Shown here: piece after piece, positions 26,801-40,100 of the stretch
Position numbering within the stretch: the first letter of the stretch is position 1
Layout of the letters: each line of letters starts with the position of its first letter
NCBI GenBank assembly: GCA_009914755.4
Contig: CP068257.2
Location: forward strand, 11,296,001-11,360,000
Source of the DNA: the human T2T-CHM13v2.0 reference genome, Homo sapiens
Length of the DNA: 64,000 nucleotides
Direction of reading: 5' to 3'
Position numbers and translations under genes: made by a program
The notes under the pieces: generated by a model
What the model saw: the letters and a program-made list of their open reading frames with translations, nothing else
Databases searched by the model: none
What the model was told of the DNA's origin: nothing

Positions 26801-27900
26801 CCATATGCCTCAAAGCTCTCCAAATGTCAACTTGCAGATTCTACAAAAAGAGTGTTTCAAACCTGCTCTATCAAAAGAAAAGTTCAACTCTGTGAGTTGA
26901 ACCTCACTAAGAGGTTTCAGAGAATGCTTCTGTCTAATCTTTATGTGAAGGTATTCCCGTTTCCAACGAAGGCCTCAGAGCGGTCCAAATATCCACTTAC
27001 GAAGTCTACTAAAAGAGTGTTTCAAAACTGCTCTATGATAAGATATGTTCAAATCTGTGAGTTGAATGCAAACATCACAAAGAAGTTTCTGAGAATGCTT
27101 CTGTCTAGTTTTTATGTGAAGTTATTTCCTTTTCCACCATTGGCCTCAAAGCACTGCAAGTGTCCACTTGCAGATTCTACAAAAAGAGTATTTCAAACCT
27201 GCTCTATCAAAAGAAAGGTTCAACTCTCTGAGTTGAATGCACACTTCACAAAGAAGTTTCCGAGAATTCTTCTGTCTGGTTTTTATGTGAAAATATTTCC
27301 ATTTCCACCATAGGCCTCAGAGCGATCAAAATGTCCACTTGCAGATTATACAAAAACAGTGTCTCAAAACTGCTCTATCAAAAAGAAGGTTCAACTCTGT
27401 GAATTGAATGCACACATCACAAAGAAGTTTCTGAGAATGCTTCTGTCTAGTGTTTATGTGAAGGTATTCCCATTTCCCCTGAAGGCCTCAAAGCACTCCA
27501 AATATCCACTTGCAGATTCTACAAAAAGTGTGTTTCAAAATTGTTCTGTCAAGAGGAATGGTGAACTCTGTGAGTTGAATCACAAATCACAAAGAAGTTT
27601 CTGAGAATGCTTCTGTCTAGTTTTTGTGTGATGATATTTCCTTTTCTAACATAGGCCTCAGAGCAGTCCAAGTATCCACTTGCAGATTCTACAAAAAGAG
27701 TGCTGCAAAACTGCTCTGACTAAAGGAATGTTCAACTCTTTGAGTTGAATGCACACATCACAAAGTAGTTTCTGTGAATGCTTCTATCTAGTTTCTGTGT
27801 GAACATATTTCCTTTTCTACCATAGGCCTCAAAGTGCTCCAAATATCCACCCGCAGATTCTACAAAAAGAGTGTTTCAAAACTGCTCTACCAAAAGGAAG
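11821..27900. repeat. Monomeric alpha satellite, family I.
   Basis: 171-bp periodicity with no long-range near-identical recurrence apart from local duplications. Typical strings are tttctgagaatgcttctgtctagtttttatgtgaagatattcccgtttccaacgaaggcctcaaagc and gctctatgaaaagg. Confidence 0.9.
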
Positions 27901-30900
27901 TTTCAAGTCTCTGAGTTTAATGCACACAGCACAAAGAAGTTTCTCTGACTACTTCTGTGTTGTTTTTATTTAAAGATATTTCCTTTTCCAACACAGGGCC
28001 CAAAGGGCTCCAAATATCCACTTGCAGTTTCTTCAAAAAAGAGATTCTAAACTGACCAATCAAAAGATAGGTTCATCTCTGTGAGTTGAATGCATACATC
28101 ACAAAGCAGTTTCTCTGAATGGTTCTGTGTAGTTTTAATTAAAGATAATTCCTTTTCCACCATAGGGCACAAATGGCTCCAAATATCCACTTGTAGATTC
28201 TACAAAACCAGAGATTCAAAACTGCTCATTGAGAAGATAATTTCAACTCAGTGATTTGAATGTACACATCACGAAGAAGTTTCTTAGAATGCTTCTGTGC
28301 AGTTTTTATTGACGATATTTCCTTTTTCACCATAGGGCGCATAGGGCTCCAAATATCCTCTTGCAGAGTCTAGAAAAAGAGAAACTCTAAACTGCTCAAT
28401 CAACAGATAGGTTCAACTCTGTAAGTTGAATGCCCACATCACAAAGAAGTTTCTCAGAATGCTTCTGAGTAGTTTTTATGTGAAGGTGTTTCCTTTTCCA
28501 CAATAGGCCTCAAAGTTCTCCAAATATCCACTTGAAGATTCTACAAAAAAGGTGTTTCAAAACTGCGCAATGAAAAGAAAGGTTCAACCCTGTGAGATGA
28601 ATGCACATATCACAAAGAAGTTTCTCAGAATGCTTCTGTGTTGTTTTTATGTGAAGATATTTCCTTACCACTATGGGCCTCAGTGGGCTCCAAATATCCA
28701 CTTCCATATTCTACAAAAAGAGTGTTTCAAAACTGCTCAATCATGAGACAAAATTCATCCCTGTGAGATGAATTCACACGTCATGAAGTAGTTTCTCAGA
28801 ATGCTTCTGTGTAATTTTTATGTGAGGATATTTGCTTTTCCACAATAGGCCTCAAGGGGCTCCAAATATCCACCTGCAGATTCTGCAAAAAGAGAGGTTC
28901 AAAACTGCTCAATCAAAAGATACTTTCAACTCTGTGAGTTGAATGCACACATCACAAAGAAGTTTGTCTGAATGCTTCTGTGTAGTTTTTATTTCAAGAT
29001 TTTCCTTTTCCACCATAGGGCTCAAAGGGCTCCAAATATCCACTTGCAGATTCTACAAAAAGAGAGATTCAAAACTGCTCAATGAGAAGATAAGATCAAC
29101 TCTGTGAGTTGAATGCACACCTCACAAAGAAGTTTCTCAGAATGCTTCTGTGTAGTTTTTATGTGAAGATATTTCCTTTTCCACAATAGTCCTCAAAGCT
29201 CTCCAAACATCCACTAACAGATTCTGCAAAAAGAGAGATTCAAAACTGCTCAATCAAAAGGTTCAACTCTGTGAGTTGAATGCAAACATCACAAAGAAGT
29301 TTCTCAGAATGCTTCTGTGTAGTTTTTATGTGAACATATTTGATTTTCCACAGTAAGCCTCAAAAGGCTCCAAATATCCACCTGCAGATTCTGCAAAAAG
29401 AGGTATTCAAAACTGCTCAATCAAAAGATAGGATCAACTCTGTGAGTTGAATGTATATACCACAAAGAAGTTTCTCTGAATGGTTCTGCATAGTTTTATT
29501 TGCAGATATTTCCTTTTCCACAATAGGGTGAAAGGGCTCCAAACATCCACTTCCAGATTCTACAAAACAGAGATTGAAAACTACTCAATGAGAAGATAAG
29601 TTCAACTCAGTCAGTTGAATGCACACATCATGAAGAAGTTTCTTAGAATGCTTCTGTGTAGTTTTTATTGAAGATATTTCCTTTTCAACCATAGGGTGCA
29701 AAGGGCTCCAAATATCCACTTGCAGATTCTAGAAAAAGAGTGACTCTAAGTTGCTCAATCAAAAGATAGGTTCAACTCTGTGAGTTGAATGCCCATATCA
29801 CAAAGAAGTTTCTCAGAATGCTTCTGTGTAGTTTTTATGTGAAGATATTTCCTTTTCCACCATAGGCCTCAAAGCTCTCCCAATATCCACTTGCAGATTC
29901 TGCAAAGAGAGATTCAAAACTGCTCAATTGAAAGACAGGTTGAACTCTGTGAGTTGAATGCACACAGCACAAAGAAGTTTCTCAGAATGCTTCTCTGTAG
30001 TTCTTATGTGAACATAATTGATTTTCCACAGTAGGCCTCACAGCACTCCAAATTTCCACTTGCAGATTCTACAAAAAGAGAGATTCAAAACTGTTCAATC
30101 AAAAGATAGGTTCAACTCTGTGAGTTGAACGCATACATCGTGAAGAAGTTTCTCAGAATGCTTCTGTGTAGTTCTTATTTGAAGATATTTGGTTTTCCAC
30201 TGTAGGCCTCAAAGCGCTCCAAATATCCACTTGAAGATCCTACAAAAAGAGTGTTTCAAAACTGCTCAATCATAACCTAGGTTCAACCCTGTGAGATGAA
30301 TGCACACATCACAAAGCAGTTTCTCTGAGTGATTCTGTATAGTTTTTATTTGAGGATATTTCCTTTTCCATCATAGGGTGCAAAGGGCTCCAAATATCCA
30401 CGTGGATATTCTACCAAAAGATAAATTCAAAAATTGCTCAATGAGAAGATAAGTTCAACTCTGTGAGTTGAATGCACACCTCACAAAGTAGTTTCTCACA
30501 ATGCTTCTGCATAGTTTTTATGTGAAGATATTTGCTTTTCCACTGTAGGCCTCAAAGGGCTCGAAATATCCACCTTCAGATAGTGCAAAAAGAGAGATTC
30601 AAAACTGCTCAATCAAAAGATAGCTTCAACTCTGTGAGTTGAGTGCACATATCACAAAGAAGTTTCTCTGAATGCTACTGCATAGTTTTTATTTCAAGAT
30701 ATTTCCTTTTCCAACATAGGGCGCAAAGGTCTTCAAATATCCACTTGCAGATTCTACAAAAAGAGAGATTGAAAACTCCTCAAAGAGAAGATAATTTCAA
30801 CTCTATGAGTTGAATGCACACCTCACAAAGTAGTTTCTCAGAATGCTTCTGTGTAGTTTTTACGTGAAGATATTTCCTTTTCCACAATAGGCCTCAAAGC

Positions 30901-31100
30901 TTTCCAAACATACACTTGTAGTTTCTGCAAAAAGAGAGATTCAAAACTGCTCAATCAAAACGTAGTTTCAACTCTGTGAGTTGAATGCAAACATCACTAT
31001 GGTGTTTCTCAGAATGTTTCTGAGTAGTTTTTATGTGAAGGTATTTCCTTTTCCACAATAGGCCTCAAAAGGCTCCAAATATCCACTTGCAGATTCCACG
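27901..31100. repeat. Monomeric alpha satellite, family II.
   Basis: Switch to monomers with gctcaatcaaaagataggttcaactctgtgagttgaatgc, tttctctgaatg, tgtgtagtttttatt and ccacaatagggc / gggctccaaatatccac. Confidence 0.8.
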
Positions 31101-34100
31101 AAGAGAGTGTTCCAAAACTGCTCAATCAAAAGAAAGTTTCAACTCTGTGAGATGAATGCACACATCGCAAAGGAGTTTCTGAAATTTCTTCCTTCTAGAT
31201 TTTATGTGAAGATATTTCCTTTTCTATCATAGGCCGCAAAGCGCTCCAAATGTCCACTTGCCGATTCTACAAAAAGGGTATTTCCAAACTACACAATCAA
31301 AAGAAAGTTTCAACTCTGTTAGCTCAACGTACACATCATAAAAAAGATTATCAGAATTCTTCTGTTTTTTTGTGTGAAGATATTTCCTTTTCCAACTTAA
31401 GCCTCAAGGTGCTTGAAATGTCCCCTTGCAGATTCTCCAAAAAGAGTATTTGAAAACTGGTTCTCCTAAAGAAAGTTGGAACTCCAGGGGATGAATGCAG
31501 ACATCACACAGAACTTTCTCAGAATGCTTCTATCTACTTTTTATGTGAAGATATTTCCTTCTCCACCACAGGCCTCAAAGCCCTGCCAAATGTCCACTTG
31601 CAGATCCTACAAAAAGAGAGTTTCCAATCTGCTCAATCAAAAGAAAGGTTTAACTCCGTGAGATTAATGCACGCATCACAAAGAAGTTTCTCAGATTGCT
31701 TCTGTCTAGATTTTATGTGAAGATATTTCCTTTTCTACCATTGGCCGCAAAGAGTTCCAAATGTCCACTTGCAGATTCTACAAAAAGAGTGTTTCCAAAC
31801 TACTTAATGAAAAGAAACGTTCAACTCCGTGAGATGAACACACTCATCACAAAGAAGTTTCTCAGAATTCTTCTAATTTTTATGTGAAGATATTTCCTGT
31901 TCCACCATAGGCCTGAAGACACTCTAAATGTCCGCTTGCAGATTCTACAAAAAGAGAGTTTCAAAACTGCTCAATCAAAAGGAAGGGTTATCTCTGTGAG
32001 ATGAATGCATATATCACAAACAAGTTTCTCATATTTCTTCTGTCTAGATTTTACGTGAAGATATTTACTTTTCTACCATAGACCGCAAATCGCTCCAAAT
32101 GTCCACTTGCAGACTCTACAAGAAATAGTGGTACCAAACTGCTCAATTGAAAGAACGGTTCCACTCTGTGAGAAGAACGCACACATCACAAAGAAGTTTG
32201 TCAGAATTCTTCTTTCTAGTTTTTATGTGAAGATATTTCCTTTTCCACCATAGGCCTCAAAGCGTTCAAAATGTCCACTTGCAGATTCTACAAAAAGAGA
32301 GTTTCAAAACTGCTGAATCAAAAGAAAGTTTAAACTCTGTGAGATGAATGCACCCATCACTAAGAAGTTTCTCCGATTGTTTCTCTCTAGATTTTATGTG
32401 AAGGTATTACTTTTTCTACCATAGGTCGCAAAGCGCTTCAAATATCCATTTGCAGATTCTACAAAAAAGAGTGTTTCCAAACTGCTCAATCAAAAGAAAG
32501 GTTCAAGTCTGTGAGATGAATGCACACATTCCCAAGAAGTTTGTCAGAATTCTTCTGTCTAGTTTTTATGTGAAGATATTACCTTTTCCACCATAGGCCT
32601 CAAAGCGCTCCAAATGTCCACTTGCAGATTCTACGAAAAGAGAGTTTCAAAACTGCTCAATCAAAAGAAAGGTTTAACTCTGTGAGATGAATGCACACAT
32701 CACAAAGAAGTTTCTCAGATTGTTTCTGTCTAGATTTTATGTGAAGATATTTCTGTTTCAACAATAGGCCGCAAAGCGTTGCAAATGTCCACTTGCAGAT
32801 TCTACAAAAAGAGTGTTTCCAAACTGCTCAATCAAAAGAAAATTTCAGCTTTGTGAGATGAACGCACACATCACAAAGAAGATTATCAGAATTCTTCTGT
32901 CTAGTTTTTATGTGAAGCTATTTCCTTTTCCACCATAGGCCTCTAAACGCTCCAAATGTCCACTTCGAGATTCTACAAAAAGAGTGTTTCCAAACTGCTC
33001 AATCAAAAGAAAAGTTTAACTCTGTGAGATGAATGCACACATCACAAATAAGTTTCTCAGATGGGTTCTGTCTAGATTTTATGTGAAGATATTTCCTTTT
33101 CTACCATATGCCACATAGTTCTCCAAATGTCCACTTGCATATTCTACAGAAAGAGTGTTTCCAAACTGTTCAATCAAAAGATAGGTTCAAATCTGTGACA
33201 TGAATGCACACGTCCCAAAGAAGTTTCTCAGAATTCTTCTGTCTAGTTTTTATGTGCAGATATTTCCTTTTCCACTGTTGGCCTCAAAGAACTCCAAATA
33301 TCCACTAGCAGATTCTACAAAAACAGAACTTCAATACTGCTCAATCAGAAGAAAAGTTTAACTCCATGAGATGAATGCACACATCACAAAGAAGTTTCTC
33401 AGATTTCTTCTGTCTAGACTTTATGTGAAGATATTTCCTTTTCTACTACTGGACTCAAAGCGCTCCGAATGTGCACTTGCAGATTCTACAAAAGAGTGTT
33501 TCCAACCTGCTGTATCAAAAGAAAGTTTCAACTATGGGGGATGAAAGCACGCATCACAAAGAAGTTTTTCAGAATTCTTCTGTCTAGTTTTTATGTGAAG
33601 AGGTTTCCTTTTCTACCACAGGCCTAAAAGGGCTCGAAATGTCCACTTGCAGATACTACAAAAAGAGAGTTTCAAAACTGCTCAATAAAAAGAAAGGTTT
33701 AACTCTGTGAGATGAATGCACACATCACAAAGAAGTTTGTCAGATTGCTTCTGTCTAGATTTTATGTGAAGATATTTCCTTTTCTACCAAAGGCCGCAAA
33801 GCGCTAAAATTGTGCACATGTAGATTCTACAAAAAGAGTGTTTCCAAACAGCCCAATGAAAAGAAACTTTCAACTCTGTGTGATGAATGCACGCATCACA
33901 AAGTGATTTCATAGTATTCTTCTGTCTAGTTTTTATGTGAAGATATTTCCTTTTCCACCACAGTTCTCAAAGAGCTTCAAATGTCCACTTGCAGATTGTT
34001 CAAAAAGTGTGTTTCCAAACTGCTCGATCAAAAAAAGCTTAACTCTGTGAGATGAACACACACGTCACATAGATATTTCTCAGATTTCTTCTGTCTAGTT

Positions 34101-37100
34101 TTTATGTGAATGTATTTCATTTTCCACGGTAGGCCTCAAGGGGCTTGAAATGTCCACTTGCAGATTCCACAAAAAGAGTAATAAATAACTGGCCCATCAA
34201 AAGAAAGGTTCAAATCTGGGAGATGAATGCACATATCACAAAGTAGTTTCTCATATTGATTCTATCTAATTTTTATGTGAATATATTTCCTTTTCCACCA
34301 TAGGTCTCAAACCGCTCCAAATGTTCACTTGCAGAATCTACAAAAAGAGAGTTTCAAAACTGCTCAATCAAAAGAGAGGTTTAACTCTGTGAGATGAGCG
34401 TGCGCATCACAAAGAAGTTTCCCAGATTGCTTCTGTGTAGATTTTATGTCAAGATATTTCCTTTTCTACCATTGGCTGCAAAGTGCTCCAAATGTCCACT
34501 TGCAGATTCTACAAAAACAGTGTTTTCAAAAGGCTCAATAAAAAGAAAGGTTCAACTCTGTGAGATGAACGCACACATCACAAAGGAGTTTCTCAGAATT
34601 CTTCTGTCTAGTTTTTATGTGAAGATATTTCCTTTTCCACCAAGAGCCTGAAAGAGCTCCAAATGCCCAATTTCAGATTCAACAAAAAGAGAGATTCAGA
34701 ACTACTCAATCAAAGGAAAGTTTTAACTCTGAGAGATAAATGCACACATCAAAAAGAAGTTTCTGAGATTGCTTCTGTCTAGATTTAATGTGAAGATATT
34801 TCCTTTTCTACCATAGGCCACAAAGTGCACCAAATGTCCACTTGCAGATTCTACAAAAAGAGTGTTTCCAAACTGCTCAATCAAAAGAAAGGTTCAACTC
34901 TGTGAGATGAATGCACACATCAGAAAGAAGTTTCTCAGATTGCTTCTGTCTAGATTTTATGTGAAGATATTCCCTGTTCTACAATAGGCTGCAAAGCGCT
35001 CCTAATTTCCACTTGCCGATTCTATAAATAGAGTGTTTCCAAACTGCTCAATCAATAGAAAGTTTCAACTCTGTGAGATGAACGCACACATCACAAAGAA
35101 GTTTCTCAGATTGCTTCTGTCTAGATTTTATGTGAAGATATTTCTTTTTTCTACCATAGGCCTCAAAGCGCTCCAAATATCCACTTGCACATTCTACAAA
35201 AAGAGTGTTTTCAGACAGCTCAATCCAAACAAAAATTCAACTCTGTGAGATGAACGCACACATCAGAAAGAAGTTTCTCAAAATGCTTCTATCTAGTTTT
35301 TATGTGAAGATATTTCCTTTTCCACCATAGGCCTCAAAGAACTCCAAATGTCCATTTGCAGATTCTACAAAAAGAGAGTTTCAAAACTGCTCCATCAAAA
35401 GAAAGGTTTTACTCTGTGAAATGAATTCACACATCACAAAGAAGTTTCTCAGATTGCTTCTGTCTAGTTCTTAGGTGAAGATATTTCCTTTTCCACCACA
35501 GGCCTTAAAGCGCTCCAAATGTCCACTTGCAGATTCTACAAAAAGAGAGTTTGAAAACTGCTCAATCAAAAGAAAGTTTTAACTCTTTGAGATGAAAGGA
35601 CACACCACAAAGAAGTATCTCAGATTGCTTCTGTCTAGATTTTATGTGAAGACATTTTCTATTCTAACATAGGCTGCAAAGAGCTCTAAATATCCACTTG
35701 CAGATCCTTCAAAAACAGTATTTCCATACTGCTCAATGAAAAGAATGATTCAACACTGCAAGATGAAGGCACGCATCACAAGGAAGGTTCTCAGAATTCT
35801 TCAGTCTGGTTTTTATGTGAAGATAATTGCCTTTTCCAACATAGGCTTCAAAGGCCTCCAAATGTCAACTTGCAGATTCTCCAAAAAGAGACTTTCAAAG
35901 CCGCTCAGTCAAAAAATGTTTAATTCTGTGAGTTAAATTCACACGTCACAAAGAATTTTCTCAAATTTCTTCTTTCTAGATTTTATCTGAAGATATTTCC
36001 TTTTCCAGCATGGGCCTCAAAGTGTTCCAACTGTCCACTTGCAGATTCTGCAAAAAGAGAGTTTCAAAACTGCTCAATCAAAAGAAAGGTTTACCTCTTT
36101 GAGATGAGTACACACATAACAAAGAAGTTTCTCAGATTGCTTCTGTCTAGATTTTATGTGAAGATATTTCCTTTTCTACTATAGGCCACAAAGTGCTGAA
36201 CATGTCCACTTGCAGATTCTACAAAAAAAAATTTTCCAAACTGCTCAATCAAAAGAAAGGTTCAACTCTGTGAGATGAACGCACACATTTCAAAGAAGTT
36301 TCTCAGAATTCTTCTGTCTAGCTTTTATGTGAAGATACTTCATTTTCCACCACAGGCCTCAAGGCGCTTGAAATGTCCACATGCAGATTCCACAAAAAGA
36401 GTATTTCAAAACTGGTCCATCAGAGGAAAGGTACAGACAGCTCTGTTGAATGAATGCACCCTAAAAAGAATTTTCTCAGATTGCTTCTGTCTAGATTTTA
36501 TGTGAATATATTCCCTTTTCTACCATAGGCCGCAAAGCGTTCCAAATGTCCACTTACAGATACTACAAAAAGAGTGTTTTCAAACTGCTCAATCAAAAGA
36601 AAGGTTGAACTCTGTGAGATGAACCCAAACATCACAAAGAAGTTTCTCAGAATTCTTCTGTCTAGTTGTTACTTGAAGATGTTTCCTTTTCCAACATAGA
36701 AGTTTTTCAGATTGCTTCTCTCTAGATTTTATGTGAAGATATTTCTTTTTCCACCGTAGGCCTCAATGCATTCCAAATGTCAACTTGCAGATTCTACAAA
36801 AAGAGAGTTTCAAAACTGCTCAAAAAAAGAAAGATTTAACTCTGTGAGATGAACACTGCTTCTGTCTAGATTTTATCTGAAGACATTTCCTGTTCTACCA
36901 TAGGTCGCAAAGCACTCCAAATTTCCACTTGCCGATTCCACAAAAAGAGGGTCTCCAAACAGCTCAATGAAAAGAAAGTTTCAACTCTGTGAGATGAAAG
37001 GACACATCACAAGGAAGTTTCTCAGATTGCTTCTGTCTAGATTTTATATGAAGATATTTCTTTTTTCTAACATAGGCTGCAAAGCGTTCCAAATGTCCAC

Positions 37101-40100
37101 TTGCAGATTTTTACAAAAAGAGTGTTTCCAAACTGCTCAATCAAAAGAAAAGTTCAACTCTGTGAGATGAACGCACACATCACAAATACGTTTCTCAGAA
37201 TTCTTCTGTCTTGTATTTATGTGAAAATATTTCCTTTTCCAGCATAGGCCTCAAAGCCCTCCAAATGTCCACTTTCAGATTCTACAAAAAGAGAGATTCA
37301 AAAGTGCTCAATCAAAAGAAAGGTTTTACTGTGTGAGATGAATGCATACATTGTAAAGAAGTTTCTCAGATTGCTTCTTTCTAGATTTTATCTGAGGATA
37401 TCTCCTTTTCCACCATATGCCTCAAAGTACTCCAAATGTCCACTTTCAGATTCTACAAAAAGAGAGTTTCAAAACTTCTCAATCAAAGGAAAGGTTTAAC
37501 TCTGTGAGATGAATGCACACATTTACCAAGAAGTTTCTCAGATTTCTTCTGTCTAGATTTTATGTGAAGATATTTCCTTTTCTAAAATAGGCCGCAAAGC
37601 GCTCCAAATATCCACTTGCAGATTCTACAAGAAGAGTATTTCCAATGTGCTCAATCAAAAGAAATGTTCAACCCTGTTAGATGAATGCACACATAGCAAA
37701 GCAATTTCTCATATTACTTCTGTCTAGATTTTACGTGAAGATATTCCTTTTTTCTACCATAGGCTGCAAAGAGCTCCAGATGTCCACTTGCAAATTCTAG
37801 AAAAAGAGTGTTTTCAAACTGCTCCATCCAAAAAAAGTTCAACTCTGTGAGATGAATGCACACATCACAAAGAAGTTTCTCAGAATTCTTCCGTCTAGTT
37901 TTTATGTGAAGATATTTCCTTTTCCACCGTAGGCCTCAAAGCGCTCCAAATGTTCACTTCCAGATTTTAAAGACAGAGTGTTTCCAAACTGGTCAATCAA
38001 AAGAAAGGTTGAACTCTGTGAGATGAACTCACGCATCAAAAAGAAGTTTGTCAGAATTCTTCTGTCTAGTTTTTATGTGAAGATATTTCCTTTTCTACCA
38101 TAGGCCACAAAGCACTACAAATGTCCAATTGCAGATTCTACAAAAAGAGATTTTCAAAACTCCTCAACCAAAGAGAATTTTAACTCTGTGAGACGAATGC
38201 ACACATCACAAAGAAGTTTCTCAGATTACTTCTGCCTAGATTTTATGTGAAGATATTTCCTTTTCTACCACAGGCCGCAAAGCTCTCCAAATGTCCACTT
38301 GAAGATTCAACAAAAAGAATGTTTTCAAACTGCTCAAACAATAGAAATTATCAACTCTGTGAGATGAAAGCATGCATCACCAAGAGGTTTCTCAGAATTC
38401 TTCTATTTTTTATGTGAAGATATTTCCTTTTCCACCATAGGCCTCAAAGTGCTCCAAATGTCCACTTCTAGATTCTACAGAAAGAGTGTTTCCAAAATGC
38501 TCAATCAAAAGAGGTTTAAATCTGTGAGATGAATGCACACATCACAAAGAAGTTTCTAAGAATGCTTCTGTCTAGATTTTATGTGAGGATATTTCCTTTT
38601 CTACCATAGGCTGCAAAACGCTTCAAATGTCCACTTGCAGATACTACAAAAATAGTGTTTCCAAACAGCTCAATCAAATGAAAGTATCAACTCTGTGAGA
38701 TGAACCCACACATCACAAACTGCTTTCTCAGAATTCTTCTGTCTAGTTTTTATGGGAAGATAGTTCCTTTTCCACCATAGGCCTCAAAGCGCTCCAAATA
38801 TCCACTAGCGGATTCTACAAAAAGAGTGTTTCAAAACTGCTCAGTCAAAAGAATGATTAACTCTGTGAGATGAATCCACACATCACAAAGAAATTTCTCA
38901 GATTCCTTCTGTCTAGATTTTATGTGAAGATATTTCCTTTTCTACCATAGGCCACAAAGAGCTCCAAATTTCCACTTGCAGAATCTCCAAATGAGTTGTT
39001 TCCAAACTGCAGAATCAAAAGAAAGTTTCAACTCTGGGAGTTGAACACTCGCATCACAAAGAGGTTTCTAATAATTCTGTCTAGTTTTTATGTGAAGATA
39101 ATTCCTTTTCCACCATAGGTTGCAAAGCGCTCCAAAAGTCCACTTGCAGATTCTACTGAAAGAATGTTTCCAACAGCTCAATCAAAAGAAAAGTTCAACT
39201 CTGTGAGATGAATGCACACATCACAAAGAAGTTTCTCAGGATTCTTCTGTCTAGTTTTTATGTGAAGATATTTCCTTTTCCACCATTGAACTCAAAGCAC
39301 TGCAAATGTCCACTTGCCGATCCTAAAAAATGATTTTCCAAACTGCTCAATCAAAAGAAAATTTTAACTCTGTGAGATGAATGCACACAACACACAGAAG
39401 TTTCTGAGATTGCTTCTGTCTAGATTTTATGTGAAGATATTTGCTGTTCTTCCGTAGGCCACAAAGCCCTCCAAATGTCCACTTGCAGATTCGACAAAAA
39501 GAGTGGTTGCAAAGTGCTTAATCAAAAGAAAGGTTCAACTCTGTGAGATTAATGCACGCATCACAAAGAAGTTTCTCAGATTTCTTCTGTCTGGTTTTTA
39601 TGGGACGATATTTCCTTTTCCACCATTGGACACAAAGGGCTCCAAAAGTCCACTTGCAGATTTTACAAAAACAGAGTTTCAATACACCTCAATCAAAAGA
39701 AAGTTTTAACTCTCTGGGATGAATGCACATATCACAATATCACAAAGATGCTTCTCAGATTGCTTCTGTCAAGATTTTATATGAAGATATTTCCTTTTCT
39801 ACCATAGGGCGCAAAGCACTCCAAATGTCCAGTTGCAGATTCTACAAAAAGAGAGTTTCAAAACTGCTAAATCAAAAGAAACTTTTAATTCTGTGGGATG
39901 AATGCACACATCACAAAGAAGTTTCTCAGATTGCTTCTGTCTAGATTTTATATGAAGATATTTCCTTTTCTACCATTGGCTGCAAAGCTCTCCAAATGTC
40001 CACTTGCAGATTCTACAAAAAGAGTGTTTCCAAACTGCTCAATCTAAGGAAAGTTCCAACTCTGTGAGATGAACGCAGACATCTCAAAGAAGTTTCTCAG